Shown: positions 18,404-29,537 of the stretch, piece by piece
Position numbering within the stretch: position 1 is the first letter of the stretch
Layout: each line of letters begins with the position of its first letter
NCBI GenBank assembly: GCA_963669175.1
Contig: OY769902.1
Coordinates: forward strand, 2,240,001-2,304,000
Reading direction: 5' to 3'
Length of the DNA stretch: 64,000 nucleotides
Source of the DNA: a bacterium
GTDB lineage: Bacteria; Electryoneota; Electryoneia; Electryoneales; Electryoneaceae
Notes under the pieces: model-generated
The model's database searches: none
What the model saw: the letters and a program-made list of their open reading frames with translations, nothing else
Told to the model about the DNA's origin: nothing
Made by a program: the position numbers and the translations under genes

Positions 18404-20137
18404 ATGATCAGAAACAATCGCGTCAGGTTCGCTTCAGTTTTCTTTCTAACTCTTCTTCTGCTGTTTTCCGGCAGTATTCCTGCAGCTCTTGCCCAGTGGC
18501 AACCCAACGGATTGATATTTGAGGATGTGATATACCACTACACAATGCTTCCAACTGACGATGGTGGGCATTGGGTAATTTACGATACTTGTATTGATCT
18601 TGAGTACTATTGCGGACTTGTACAAAGGTTCAATGCCGATGGCTACATGCAACTACCTGAATACTATTTGTACGGTGGCGTATCCATTGTAAATCCATTT
18701 GGACACAACGCAGAAATTGCCGGAGCAGTAAACTCTGATAATGGCTCCATCATTGTCGCTTTCATGAGTGCAACCCTTAATCCTGAACTTGGCGGGTGCA
18801 TGTACGCCCAGAAAATATCTCCGGAAGGTGAGTTATTATGGGGAGATTCTGGCGCTGTTGCATTTGAAGATGATGTTTTTCAAGGCGCCAATGGTATATT
18901 TCCTTCAATATGTTCCGATGAAGAAGGAGGATTCTGGGGTTTCTACCGTGAACGTCCCTATTGTCCCATGTATTTGTATGGAGTAAACGAAGACGGAAGC
19001 CAGAAACTAACCAGGCCAACATACATTCGCTATACTGAAGACGGCCCTGGAAATGAAGCAATACTCATCGCACACCCGGATGGGGGTGTGTATGTGGTTT
19101 ATGAAGACTTTCATGGCACTCCCTACCTGGGCCTTATGATGAAACGTTTCACAGCAGAGGGTGAGGAGGTGTGGAATGAACCTGTCCTGGTGATGCCTCG
19201 AATCTGGGGTGGCAGAGTTGATCTGAAACGCTATAACGATAACAGTGTAGTAGTATTTAATGCGGAATTGGGAGGAGATGAGGTATATCTGAATCGAATT
19301 TCCGAAGATGGGGAAACAATGTGGGGCGATTTTCTTGACCTTTCATCACACGGATCAGGCGGCTCCAGTTCAAATCCTGTTCTATTGGCAGATAATTCTC
19401 TCTTCTATCATCATGTCTGGATTATGGGCGCTGATTGGGAAAACCGATTGTACCGTATTACGGAAGATGGAGCGCCTTATTACTATGGGTACTGGTATAT
19501 GACGTTTGAACCACCAATGAGAAGCTGGAGCTTGTTTAATGGTCTTTTACCATCAACCAATCCTAACAGAATTTTTTCATACAACAAAGTCCAGATACCA
19601 GGTAGAAGCAATACGGAAAGTAGTATATTATGCCAGCTTCTTGATATTCATAGTGGCATGGACTCATTTGCCGATGACACTGTTTTAGTAGATTTTGATT
19701 CATATCATATAAATAACAGTGTCAAGGCTATGCTTCTTCCCGATAGTTCCGGTGTTATAATTGTATCCAATGATATTGAAAACTATAGCTTTCTAAATAT
19801 GTACAAAGTATTAATGGATGGCACTGTTGTAGGGCATGAGTCATCAGTAGATGAGATATTTTTAACCATTCCTGAAACATTTACTATAAGCAGTATTCAC
19901 CCTAATCCTTTTAACAGTTCTGTTTTGATTACAATAGAACTTTCTGTTGCAAGTACAGTAACATTGAAAGTCAGTAATCTTGAAGGACGTATTCTGGATC
20001 GGCGGGATTATACATTTAATTCCGGGGAGCAGCAGGTGAGTTGGTCCGCACCACCTGACCTGGCTTCTGGTACGCTGTTCTTCTCGCTGTCGGATGGAAC
20101 TATTACGGTTGTCAGGAGAGTTATTCTTGAGAAGTAA
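18404..20137 (+). CDS. Secreted beta-propeller-like protein with T9SS-like C-terminal domain
   Basis: Signal peptide ending ALA-QW, repeated DxxGG and YAQKISPEGELLWG motifs, HPNPFNSS...LASG C-terminus. Confidence 0.82.
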   Translation: MIRNNRVRFASVFFLTLLLLFSGSIPAALAQWQPNGLIFEDVIYHYTMLPTDDGGHWVIYDTCIDLEYYCGLVQRFNADGYMQLPEYYLYGGVSIVNPFGHNAEIAGAVNSDNGSIIVAFMSATLNPELGGCMYAQKISPEGELLWGDSGAVAFEDDVFQGANGIFPSICSDEEGGFWGFYRERPYCPMYLYGVNEDGSQKLTRPTYIRYTEDGPGNEAILIAHPDGGVYVVYEDFHGTPYLGLMMKRFTAEGEEVWNEPVLVMPRIWGGRVDLKRYNDNSVVVFNAELGGDEVYLNRISEDGETMWGDFLDLSSHGSGGSSSNPVLLADNSLFYHHVWIMGADWENRLYRITEDGAPYYYGYWYMTFEPPMRSWSLFNGLLPSTNPNRIFSYNKVQIPGRSNTESSILCQLLDIHSGMDSFADDTVLVDFDSYHINNSVKAMLLPDSSGVIIVSNDIENYSFLNMYKVLMDGTVVGHESSVDEIFLTIPETFTISSIHPNPFNSSVLITIELSVASTVTLKVSNLEGRILDRRDYTFNSGEQQVSWSAPPDLASGTLFFSLSDGTITVVRRVILEK

Positions 20138-20198
20138 AACACTTCATAATATGCACATGATATTGCCCTCTGTTTGTTTGTCAAACAGGTATATAGCG

Positions 20199-20874
20199 AT
20201 TCCCATTGTTAATCCGTCATATGGTTATATGCTATATCAGTGAAAAGTCAACTGTATAGTTGGAATAAAGGATATGGAAAAAGGGGACTGCCTCCTTTCC
20301 CTGGGGTAAAGCCCTGTCTCTTACCCACATCTTCTGAAAGCTGTATCAGTAAAAGAGTTGTGGACATAGCATTTTTAGAATCCCGGCGGGATTCCCTATT
20401 TTAGCATAGTGTACAGGCCGTCTGTTTGGCCTGTACACTATGTCAGGTATTCTAACGAATAATCAACCCTGGAAGGGTTGCATAATACGCGATTCATATT
20501 AGTACGTTCAATAAATACAGGAAATAACGCATTTTATATTCTATACAAACCAATTGGGTGTAAATTATACGTTATGCAACCCTTCCAGGGTTGAGATAAG
20601 GTTTGATCTTTTTCGTAGGGTAGACGCTAAACAGACAGCGTCAACCCTACGCTAAAATATACCACCCCCTCTGGGGTGGCAGAAACACGAAGATGTGAGC
20701 AAGAGACAGGGGTAAAGCCTTCCCGCTGTGAGCATTGACCGGGAAAGGTGGCTGTACCCTTTTTCTGGGGAGCAGGTAGGAATAACACGGAAAAGGGGAC
20801 AGTTTCCTTTTCCAGAAGTATTTCAGGAATATTCTGACAAGCGCGAGAAAAAGGATCCCGTCCCCTTTTCCCGG
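20199..20874 (+). repeat. Dispersed about 270-bp GGGAC-hairpin repeat, copy 1 (interrupted by a MITE)
   Basis: 20199-20313 plus 20720-20874 align with uninterrupted 46162-46432. Confidence 0.85.
20314..20709. mobile_element. Non-autonomous element (MITE) with IS50/Tn5-like 19-bp ends and 10-bp TSD
   Basis: Ends CTGTCTCTTACCCACATCT and (reverse complement) CTGTCTCTTGCTCACATCT; GGGTAAAGCC duplicated at 20304-20313 and 20710-20719. Confidence 0.85.
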
Positions 20875-20964
20875 AAGGTATTCAATAGAATCAAGGTTTA
20901 TAGAAAACCCCGGTATAGTAACCATACCGGGGTTGTTGGAAAGCTCTAAAAAGGTGTTTATCAC

Positions 20965-22257
20965 CTACCGAAAGACAATCTGCGTTCCTTCCGGGATAAT
21001 CGCACGTTTTTCCACCACGATCACACCATCACGCAGAACCCAGCCATCGCCTTCGGTGTAGTCGCCTGGACCGGCAACGATTCGGACGCCGTTTCCGATT
21101 CGAGCGTCCTTATCAATGATCACCCCTTCCAGGTGGCAATCATGACCGATGCCGATATCCGGCAGTCCCTTGTGCCGATTTTCCTCACGTTCATCTGCAG
21201 ATTCAAAGTAGTCGGAGCCCATCATGTAGGTATCAATGATGGTTGAACCTTTGCCCACACGTGAGCGGACACCGATGATACTGTGACGGATATACGCATC
21301 GTCCACAATACAGCCTTCACTCAGAATAGCGTTATCGGCGGTAGTCCGTGTGATCTTACTCGGCGGCAGATAACGGGCATGGGTGAAGATCGGGTTATGT
21401 TCATCATAGAAGCTGAACTTGGGCATCGGGTTAACGAAACCAAGGTTGGCCTGATGGAAAGATTTGATCGTTCCGATATCTTCCCAGTACCCTTCGAACA
21501 GGTACGAATAGACTTTCCGTCCGCTCTCGACAGCATGGGGGAAGATCTCTTTACCGAAGTCCATCTCACGATCCGAGGTCAGAATCTCTTCCAGTAGTTC
21601 ACGCTTGAAGACATAAATGCCCATGTTGGCGAGACAGTAGCCGCGACGGTTGTCCATGCTGCGGTTTTTCCAGAAATCATCCTTGATTTCCAGCTTGTCA
21701 ATCAATTCCGGGTCTTCCGGTTTCTCGACAAACTGTTTTACAAAGCCATTATCATCAATTTCCATAACACCAAGTCCGCTGACCTTCTGACGTTCTACAG
21801 GCATTGCGGCCACGGTAACATCGGCATTAGTGTTGCGATGTTCTTTGAGCAGTTTGCGATAATCCATGCGGTAGACATGGTCGCCGGACAAAATGAGATA
21901 ATGGGAGAAACGGAAGCGGTCATAATGCTTCAAGGTTTTCCGGACAGCGTCGGCAGTGCCCTGGAACCATTCCGAGGAATGCTGGGTCTGTTCCGCCGCC
22001 AGGATATTGACAAAGCCATCCATGCGGAAGCTGTCAAAATGGTAGGTAACGTCAATGTGACGGTTCAGACTGGCCGAATTAAACTGGGTCAGTACAAAAA
22101 TGCGATAGATATTCGAGTTCAGGCAGTTCGAAATGGGAATGTCGATGAGACGGTATTTCCCATTGATCTGAACGGCAGGTTTGGAGCGTACTTTGGTAAG
22201 GGGAAAAAGGCGTGATCCACGTCCACCGCCCAGAATAACCGCCATAATATCTCGCAT
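20965..22257 (-). CDS. glgC: Glucose-1-phosphate adenylyltransferase
   Basis: ILGGGRGSRLFPLT..RSKPAV, WFQGTADAV and YWEDIGT motifs. Confidence 0.96.
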   Translation of the reverse strand: MRDIMAVILGGGRGSRLFPLTKVRSKPAVQINGKYRLIDIPISNCLNSNIYRIFVLTQFNSASLNRHIDVTYHFDSFRMDGFVNILAAEQTQHSSEWFQGTADAVRKTLKHYDRFRFSHYLILSGDHVYRMDYRKLLKEHRNTNADVTVAAMPVERQKVSGLGVMEIDDNGFVKQFVEKPEDPELIDKLEIKDDFWKNRSMDNRRGYCLANMGIYVFKRELLEEILTSDREMDFGKEIFPHAVESGRKVYSYLFEGYWEDIGTIKSFHQANLGFVNPMPKFSFYDEHNPIFTHARYLPPSKITRTTADNAILSEGCIVDDAYIRHSIIGVRSRVGKGSTIIDTYMMGSDYFESADEREENRHKGLPDIGIGHDCHLEGVIIDKDARIGNGVRIVAGPGDYTEGDGWVLRDGVIVVEKRAIIPEGTQIVFR

Positions 22258-22415
22258 TGCTCGCCTCCTCTATGCTTCGGACGACAGCATAGGCTGCCTT
22301 GTTACTGATAGTATAGTCGAAACTGTATGATCCTGATGAAAGAATCGTTATGCGTCTGTTTGGACACCCTGACTTTATAGGAGTTCTACTGCCCCAAGTC
22401 AATCCCGGTTTCTTG

Positions 22416-23102
22416 TTATTTGATCTCGTCGAGTATACTGAGGGTGGCAGATGCTCCAATACGTGTAGCGCCGGCCGCGACCATGTCGAGTACATCCTGC
22501 AGCGTCTTGATACCTCCGGCCGCCTTGATCCCAACCCGTCCCTTTGAAACTTCCGCCATCAACTGCACTGCTTCAACCGTAGCGCCGCCTTTGCTGAAGC
22601 CGGTTGACGTTTTGATATAATCAGCGCCGGCTTCGATGGAGATACGGCTTGCCTGCACAATCTGTTCATCGGACAATTCGCAAACTTCAAGGATGACCTT
22701 CAGCAAATTGTCGCCAATGGCCTGCCGTACCGCAGCGACATGCGCCCCGACCTTATCCCATTTTCCTTCCAGCGCCAATCCCACCGGGATAACCATGTCG
22801 ATTTCCGTGGCGCCGTCATGTACTGCGCGAGTCGCCTCCAGGGCGACAACTTCAGGTTGCCCGGCTCCCAACGGGAAACCGACCACGCTGCATACTTCGA
22901 CGTCAGAACCTTCAGTGGCTTTACGCACAGTCGGCACCCACATCGGGTTCACACAAATCGACGCGACATGGTTCTGCAGGCCTTCTTCGGTCACACGCAG
23001 CACATCCGCTTCGGTAGCGGATGCTTTCAAAATGGTATGGTCGAATATGGCTGCGACCGTAATCCTGGTCAGTTCTTCCGGCAATTGAATCGTGTACGGC
23101 AT
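22416..23102 (-). CDS. deoC: Deoxyribose-phosphate aldolase
   Basis: DHTILK, VGFPLG, EIDMV, KTSTGF, KAAGGI, RIGAS motifs. Confidence 0.95.
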   Translation of the reverse strand: MPYTIQLPEELTRITVAAIFDHTILKASATEADVLRVTEEGLQNHVASICVNPMWVPTVRKATEGSDVEVCSVVGFPLGAGQPEVVALEATRAVHDGATEIDMVIPVGLALEGKWDKVGAHVAAVRQAIGDNLLKVILEVCELSDEQIVQASRISIEAGADYIKTSTGFSKGGATVEAVQLMAEVSKGRVGIKAAGGIKTLQDVLDMVAAGATRIGASATLSILDEIK

Positions 23103-23122
23103 ATGGGGACTCCCGACGCTAA

Positions 23123-24469
23123 TCAGCTAACTGCTTCAGCGGCCATATCAGCAAGTTTACCTGCCTCATCCGCAGAACGTGCTTCAGCAAAAATACGTAC
23201 AATCGGTTCTGTGTTGGAAAGACGGACATGTGCCCAACCTTGTTCCAGATCTACACGGATCCCATCACGGGTATCATATTGCGCCTGATCACCAAAACGA
23301 TTGCGCAGCATGCCCTCCAATGATTCCGCGTTCACCTTTTCCGCTGGCGCTTTGCGTTTGACCATGCTGTACTGGGGTAGACGGCTGACCACCATGCTCA
23401 AGGGGTCATCTTCATCCGCCAGTTGCGCCAGTGCGAGTGCCGCGCCGACCAACGCATCACGTCCGGTGTGAACCTCCGGGAACATGACTCCGCCATTCCC
23501 CTCGCCGCCGATCACCGCTTCGACACGGTCCATCTCCATGGCGACATGTGCTTCACCAACAGGAGTACGATAGCAGGGAACACCGGCCGCCTTGGCAATA
23601 TCCTCAACCGCGCGTGATGTCGACAGGTTAATGACAACCGGGCCTTTCTGACGTGCCAGAATGTATTTCACCGCCAGCGCCAGGGTCAGTTCTTCGCCGA
23701 TCGGAGTGCCCTGTTCATCCACGATGGCCAATCGATCACCATCAGGATCGAGTGCCAGCCCGATATCAGAACCTTTATCCTTTACCAGCGTGCTCAGATC
23801 TTCAAGATTGGCCGGAATCGGTTCCGCTTCGCGTCCAAAATGACCGCTCAGATCGTCATGAATCTTGATAACATCGCAGCCCATCTCGTGAAGGAGATCC
23901 GGCATGACCAGGTTACCTACAGAGTTCACCGCATCCACGGCGACTCTGAACTGCCCACGTCGAATCGCTGAGACATCAATCAGGGGATTTTCGAGAACCT
24001 TGCGAATATGAATTTCGGCAGAACCGGTGTGTGTGGTAACCGAACCAAGATTTCCGGTGCTGACATAGTTCAACGGTCCATCACGGAACAGCCGGTTCAC
24101 TTCGCCGCCTTCATCCGGACCGAGGAAGCGTCCACGGCGGTCCAGGAATTTCATCGCGTTCCAGCCAATCGGGTTATGGCTGGCTGTAACGCATATCCCA
24201 CCGGATGCTTCCAGATGTTCTACCATCAATTCGACAGTAGGTGTGGTCGCCAGATCAAGATCTATTACGTTTATCCCGGTAGCGTTTAACCCTGCAAACA
24301 GGGCTGCACGCACCATATGTCTGGAAGGTCGAGTGTCTCCACCAACAACAACTGTGCCGCCTTTCAGGTATGTGCCGAATGCCGCACCGTAGCGTGAAAC
24401 GACTTCAGGGGATAGACCATCCCCTATGACGCCACGTATTCCAGCCACACCTGTCATCAAACGGGCCAT
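23123..24469 (-). CDS. Alpha-D-phosphohexomutase (phosphoglucosamine mutase / PMM-like)
   Basis: TASHNP, DPDGDR, GGEGNGG and RLSNTEP motifs; AGGAGG RBS. Confidence 0.92.
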   Translation of the reverse strand: MARLMTGVAGIRGVIGDGLSPEVVSRYGAAFGTYLKGGTVVVGGDTRPSRHMVRAALFAGLNATGINVIDLDLATTPTVELMVEHLEASGGICVTASHNPIGWNAMKFLDRRGRFLGPDEGGEVNRLFRDGPLNYVSTGNLGSVTTHTGSAEIHIRKVLENPLIDVSAIRRGQFRVAVDAVNSVGNLVMPDLLHEMGCDVIKIHDDLSGHFGREAEPIPANLEDLSTLVKDKGSDIGLALDPDGDRLAIVDEQGTPIGEELTLALAVKYILARQKGPVVINLSTSRAVEDIAKAAGVPCYRTPVGEAHVAMEMDRVEAVIGGEGNGGVMFPEVHTGRDALVGAALALAQLADEDDPLSMVVSRLPQYSMVKRKAPAEKVNAESLEGMLRNRFGDQAQYDTRDGIRVDLEQGWAHVRLSNTEPIVRIFAEARSADEAGKLADMAAEAVS

Positions 24470-24620
24470 CAAAGCCTCCTGCTCGTCAATTTTCGCCGTA
24501 ATATAAGGCGGTTATATGAAGACACCAAGGTGAAAACAACGTATCCGGCTATCATTGTTTTTCTGTTTGAAGGTAGAGAAACCGTAATCGTTACAGGCTA
24601 TTGCCAGACTATGGATGCAC

Positions 24621-25355
24621 TTAATGGCAACAGTCCATTTGCACTTCTTCGGTTCCATCGGCTGTCTTTGCAACCGATACTTTTGGGCTGATATAGGGGA
24701 TACCGAGGGACATTCCCCGCACAATCAGGAGCAGGGCTAATACGATTGCGGCGGCTGGGATAAGCTTACGAATGGCATCCTTTATTTTGTGCTGGATCAG
24801 GTTTCCTGCGATGGCGGTAGCCAGCATTACCGGGATCGTTCCCAGCCCGAACATGACCATGAACCCGATGCCACCGGTTACGGAACCAGTTGTCGCTGCG
24901 CCAGCCATGGCGGCATAGACCAGCCCGCAGGGGAGGAAGCCGTTAAGAATGCCAATGATAAAGAGCGAACCAAATGTTTTTCTTCCAATCAGCTTGATCC
25001 AGACTTTTTTCAGCCTTCCGCCAAACGCCTGGAAAACATCAGGAGACAACAACCATGCTGTGAAACGATGGGGAAGAAGGACTGCGATCAATATCAGTAC
25101 GCCCAGAACAATGGACAGGTAGCGCTGAAATCCGGCCATGGCTGCCGTAGCGCCGATCAGACCGACAATCGCGCCGAGAAAACCGTAGGTAACCGTACGC
25201 CCGAGGTTATAGAGTGTTCTCCCGATGATATAGCGGACACGTCCCGCATCGCGATCCGTCAGTGCGATCACGATAGGGCCACACATGCCGATGCAATGAA
25301 GGCTACCGAAAAGACCAACGATAAAACCTGGCCAGATGGATGTCAGTAACTCCAT
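24621..25355 (-). CDS. Sulfite exporter TauE/SafE (DsbD_2) family membrane protein
   Basis: HCIGMCGP, YNLGR and GFLPCGLVY motifs. Confidence 0.9.
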   Translation of the reverse strand: MELLTSIWPGFIVGLFGSLHCIGMCGPIVIALTDRDAGRVRYIIGRTLYNLGRTVTYGFLGAIVGLIGATAAMAGFQRYLSIVLGVLILIAVLLPHRFTAWLLSPDVFQAFGGRLKKVWIKLIGRKTFGSLFIIGILNGFLPCGLVYAAMAGAATTGSVTGGIGFMVMFGLGTIPVMLATAIAGNLIQHKIKDAIRKLIPAAAIVLALLLIVRGMSLGIPYISPKVSVAKTADGTEEVQMDCCH

Positions 25356-25385
25356 AACACTTCTCCGGTTGTGTAACGAATCTTC

Positions 25386-25862
25386 CTACTTATTCACAAA
25401 GATATTCTGTTCAATAAGAAACTCTTCATCACCCAGGTTCCATGCAATGGAAACCTTCCATGCACCAGGTGGAATCGCGTCAAGGATCACGTGTTGTGAT
25501 CCTGTTGAATCGGGGGCGAGTGGGAAAGTACGATCCTGTTTCTCGCCCGATGGACGATAGAGTCGGATTGTGCCACGAATGTCCTGACCGCGATGTTCAA
25601 GTGGCATGGCAATGTCGAGAATGTTGCCATCCTGGGTATAGTGAAGCTCCAGGGGGGAGGAAAGCTGACGCGCCCGTTTTCGCGCATCAATAGTCGCCTG
25701 GTAATGCTGGCCATCGCTGAAATAACTTTGACTTACCAGGTTTCTGCTACGCAATGAAGCCAGCACGGCAATCGTTACAAATGCGATGGTGAAAACAACC
25801 ATCACAGCCAGAATGGCAACAGGCCATTTGCTCTTGCCCGGATTGTCAGCTTGCGCGACCGT
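25386..25862 (-). CDS. FixH-family protein (start codon apparently non-canonical)
   Basis: WPVAI N-terminal TM, LVSQSYF..G.HYQ..ID, LYRPS, GAWKV; adjacent to the DsbD_2 gene as in cbb3 maturation clusters. Confidence 0.75.
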   Translation of the reverse strand, partial: TVAQADNPGKSKWPVAILAVMVVFTIAFVTIAVLASLRSRNLVSQSYFSDGQHYQATIDARKRARQLSSPLELHYTQDGNILDIAMPLEHRGQDIRGTIRLYRPSGEKQDRTFPLAPDSTGSQHVILDAIPPGAWKVSIAWNLGDEEFLIEQNIFVNK

Positions 25863-25973
25863 TATAGTCCCCTCCCAGGTCCGAAGAATCGTGTTGATTG
25901 AATGCGTTGATAGCTGAAAAAAGGCTGTATTTATCTACAAGAGTATAAAGAAATCTACCAGGTTATACCAGCA

Positions 25974-26276
25974 TTACATCTTGTCTGATGCTTTTTCTGC
26001 CTGCTCTGTTGCTTCTTCGACAGCTTCTTCGATTTTCTCTTCAGCTTCCTGGGCCGCTTTTTCAGCCTTTTCCTGTGCTTCTTTCGCGGCTTTTTCAGCA
26101 GCTTTCACTGCTTCCTGGCTGATTTCTTCCGCTTTTTCCTCTACTGCCTTCTCGATTTCTGCAGCCTTTTCCTGCAGCTTGGCCCGCGCTTTTTCACGTG
26201 CCTTGTCGCAACCAAAAGCGAAAATAAGAGATCCGCAAAGCAGAACGACTATCAGCGTGTTAATCCAGCTACGCAT
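25974..26276 (-). CDS. Small Ala/Glu/Lys-rich coiled-coil lipoprotein
   Basis: Lipobox FAFGC, low-complexity helical body. Confidence 0.75.
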   Translation of the reverse strand: MRSWINTLIVVLLCGSLIFAFGCDKAREKARAKLQEKAAEIEKAVEEKAEEISQEAVKAAEKAAKEAQEKAEKAAQEAEEKIEEAVEEATEQAEKASDKM

Positions 26277-26317
26277 AATCCCCCCAAGAATGAAATGGTC
26301 CTGAACTCGAGTATGGT

Positions 26318-27262
26318 TTACTTGAAACGTGCAACAGTTGTTTTGTACTCTTCCACCAATCTGGCAACGAGCTCAGTAGCAGAAGGCATGTCTTTAATCA
26401 GCCCAGCTCCTTGCCCGGCTTCCAATTGCCCTTCTTCCAGGTCACCCTCAAAAATGCCCAGACGTTCACGCTTGGATCCAAGCAGCTCCCGCAACTCTTC
26501 CGGTGAAGCGCCTTTCAGTTCAGCCGCTTGCACTCGTTCTGTCCAGGCATTTTTCAACATACGAGCCGGGCCTATTTGCCACAAGTTGTAAGTCGTCGAA
26601 GTGTCTGTCGCTTCAAGTATAGCTTTTTTGAAATCATTGTGGGCGCTTGATTCCAGTGTAGCAATGAATCGAGTGCCGATTTGAACGCCTGAAGCACCCA
26701 ATGCAAGCGCCGCCGCAATACCACGTCCGTCCGTAATTCCGCCTGCCGCGATAACCGGAATAGATACGGCATCAACGACCTGCGGTATCAGGGCCATGGT
26801 GGTCAGCATGTCCAGACCGTTATGACCGCCGGCTTCGAATCCCTCGGCGACAACAGCATCACATCCGGCGTCCTCAACCTTCTGAGCGAATTTTACACCG
26901 GGGACAACATGAACCACAACACGACCGGCGTCTTTGAGAACTTGGGTGAATTTCTTCGCGCTACCCGCTGAGGTGAAGACTACGGGAACTTCTTCATTTA
27001 GAACAACGTCCACAAGGTCATTGATATCTGCACGTAATAATGGCAGGTTCACCCCGAAAGGTTTTTTGGTAAGTGTGCGCGCTTTCCTGATATGGGATTT
27101 CAGGAGATCCGGCTTCATGGATCCGGCGCCGATCAATCCCAGGCCGCCACCCTCGGAAACCGCTGCGGCAAGTTTCGCCCCTGATACCCAGACCATCCCG
27201 CCCTGGACAATCGGAAACTCAATATGGAAAAGCTGTTGCAGCTGACCATCCGAAAAACGCAT
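26318..27262 (-). CDS. Nitronate monooxygenase / FabK-like enoyl-ACP reductase family flavoprotein
   Basis: PIVQGGM, EGFEAGGH, AAGGI and GVQIGTRF motifs. Confidence 0.9.
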   Translation of the reverse strand: MRFSDGQLQQLFHIEFPIVQGGMVWVSGAKLAAAVSEGGGLGLIGAGSMKPDLLKSHIRKARTLTKKPFGVNLPLLRADINDLVDVVLNEEVPVVFTSAGSAKKFTQVLKDAGRVVVHVVPGVKFAQKVEDAGCDAVVAEGFEAGGHNGLDMLTTMALIPQVVDAVSIPVIAAGGITDGRGIAAALALGASGVQIGTRFIATLESSAHNDFKKAILEATDTSTTYNLWQIGPARMLKNAWTERVQAAELKGASPEELRELLGSKRERLGIFEGDLEEGQLEAGQGAGLIKDMPSATELVARLVEEYKTTVARFK

Positions 27263-27553
27263 GTACACCTCGCTCGTAAATTCTCGATGCCTGAGTACAT
27301 AATACGAATTCCAGATTGAAATTGCGTTACGGAAACATCAAATCCTACGATCTTCTGTCTAAGGAAACCGTAAAAGATAAATAATTGTAATTGTTACGGT
27401 TGCTTTTTTGCGAATTGGTACCGGGAGACGAAATAGAGGTCTTGTCTGATTATTTTACAGGAATTCTCCCCGCCTACCTTAGTTGTGTAGCAGGATCAGG
27501 AAAGCTGGATCGAGCTCAATGCTTGGCATCTCATACATACACGGAGGGGAGAG

Positions 27554-29512
27554 ATGAAACTGGGACAGAAAATCGGGATCGGTTTTGGAATAGTCTTGGT
27601 CATACTCACTGTTATGGTGGTACTATCGCATACGGCTTTTCAGCGCGCAAATGATGGCTTCATTGAATACCGGACGTTTGCACGTTTATCAAACGATGCC
27701 GGTCAGATTCGTGCGAACATGCTTGAAGGTCGTCTGGCGATAAAAAACATCGAAGTCTTCATTGCACAGAACGCCAGAAAAAATGTGCTTGATAAACAGT
27801 TTGAAGAGTTTTATTTCAGGTTTGATAATCTGGAAAAGTATCTTGAGGAAGGGATTCAACTATCTGAAATAACTGAACTAGACAATCAATACCGCGCCAT
27901 GTTATCAGATGCAGGGGCGTATAGAGCAGTTGTTGATGACATTCGTTCTATGACACGTGGGACTATCACTACGGCAGTAGTTGCTGAAATGCAGCAGATG
28001 ATCGTAGACAAATTGTACATCATCGGTCCCCGGATGGCTGACAGCATTGAAAAGATATCCCTGGATATTAAACAGGAAATGGATAAAATCGGGCCAGTAT
28101 TGCAGAAGGATAATGCTCGCGCCTCAATGATGAACCTGGTAATCGGGATTATTGCAATCGTGATCGGGATTATTGCCTCACTACTTATTTCACGTCTGAT
28201 CGTAAAGCCGATTAATGATCTGGTAGATGCTGCGGAGCAGATTGCTATTGGGGATTTGAGTCAAGAGGTGCATTCCAATACCAACGATGCAATCGGCAAC
28301 CTCACAAATTCCTTTGCCAATATGACAGCTTCTCTTCGAAATAAAGCAGATGCTGCCAGACAAATATCAGAAGGGTTGCTGAATATTACGCTCGAAGCTT
28401 CCAGCGAAAAGGATGTTCTCGGGAATTCCATGATCGCCATGAAGAACAACCTTTCAAATGTGATCCGTGAGATATCTGATACGGCAGATCTGCTGGCGTC
28501 TGCTTCAGAAGAATTCACTTCCATTTCAGCGCAGATGTCTTCCAATGCCGAAGAGACAGATTCGCAGGCAGCCAATGTTTCAGCCTCAGCAGAAGAGACC
28601 AGCAGTATTGTTGATAACATCGCGGCCATGACAGAAGAGATGACGGCTACTTTGAAGAATATTGCGATGAACGCAGACAGCAAATCCAGCGCTCTGGGTG
28701 ATGTTGTCCATTCCATTGAAGAGACGTCGAATGGTATCAACAATGTCGCCACTGCCATGGAGGAGATGACATCATCAATCAACGAAGTAGCCAAATCAAC
28801 TGCCGATGCCAGTCATATTGCCGATACTGCCAGTCGGAAAGGTCAGGAAGTACAGGGGCATATGACAACTCTGGACCAGGTTGTCAAGCAGGTATCCAAG
28901 ATTGTCGACACGATCAAGGATATTGCCGATCAGACCAACATGCTGGCCTTGAACGCAACCATAGAAGCGGCGGGCGCAGGCGAGGCAGGGAAGGGTTTTG
29001 CTGTTGTTGCCAATGAAGTAAAAGAGCTGGCGCGTCAAAGCGCGGAGGCGGCCGGCGACATCGGCAACCAGATCGAATCCATGTTGAGCAGCACAAAGGA
29101 AGTGGTCAATTCCGTTAATGGGATTTCGAGTGTGCTGGATGAAGTAGCCGGTATTAACCAATCCATTGCGGCGGCAATGACGCAACAAACTGCAACTGCA
29201 AACGAAGTGTCAAGAACGGTTGCTACTGTCGCCAGTTCAACCGGTAGTATAGCGCAACTATCCCGTGAGACCTCCACAGCGATTGTTGAGATTGCCAGCC
29301 ATGCCAATGAAGCTGCTACCACAGCCGATGAGTTGTCACGCAATGTCAGCGAGGCAACCGCGGCAGTGCGTGATATTGCACGCTCCATCGAAATGATCAG
29401 CACCGCTACCAGAGAAATCGTTGAGGGCGCTGCTTCGACGCACCAGTCGGCACAGGACCTTTCGCATCGCGCCTTGTCGCTGAAGGATATTGTAGGTAAG
29501 TTCACAGTGTAA
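27554..29512 (+). CDS. Methyl-accepting chemotaxis protein
   Basis: Two TMs, HAMP domain, [37 protein letters not shown]. Confidence 0.95.
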   Translation: MKLGQKIGIGFGIVLVILTVMVVLSHTAFQRANDGFIEYRTFARLSNDAGQIRANMLEGRLAIKNIEVFIAQNARKNVLDKQFEEFYFRFDNLEKYLEEGIQLSEITELDNQYRAMLSDAGAYRAVVDDIRSMTRGTITTAVVAEMQQMIVDKLYIIGPRMADSIEKISLDIKQEMDKIGPVLQKDNARASMMNLVIGIIAIVIGIIASLLISRLIVKPINDLVDAAEQIAIGDLSQEVHSNTNDAIGNLTNSFANMTASLRNKADAARQISEGLLNITLEASSEKDVLGNSMIAMKNNLSNVIREISDTADLLASASEEFTSISAQMSSNAEETDSQAANVSASAEETSSIVDNIAAMTEEMTATLKNIAMNADSKSSALGDVVHSIEETSNGINNVATAMEEMTSSINEVAKSTADASHIADTASRKGQEVQGHMTTLDQVVKQVSKIVDTIKDIADQTNMLALNATIEAAGAGEAGKGFAVVANEVKELARQSAEAAGDIGNQIESMLSSTKEVVNSVNGISSVLDEVAGINQSIAAAMTQQTATANEVSRTVATVASSTGSIAQLSRETSTAIVEIASHANEAATTADELSRNVSEATAAVRDIARSIEMISTATREIVEGAASTHQSAQDLSHRALSLKDIVGKFTV

Positions 29513-29537
29513 GTGATTCGTTGATAGCATGCACATT

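Noticed and set aside
20314-20709. Nextera/Tn5 adapter contamination
   Set aside because: Ends differ from the exact mosaic end, form a proper inverted pair, have a 10-bp TSD and lack adjoining adapter sequence.
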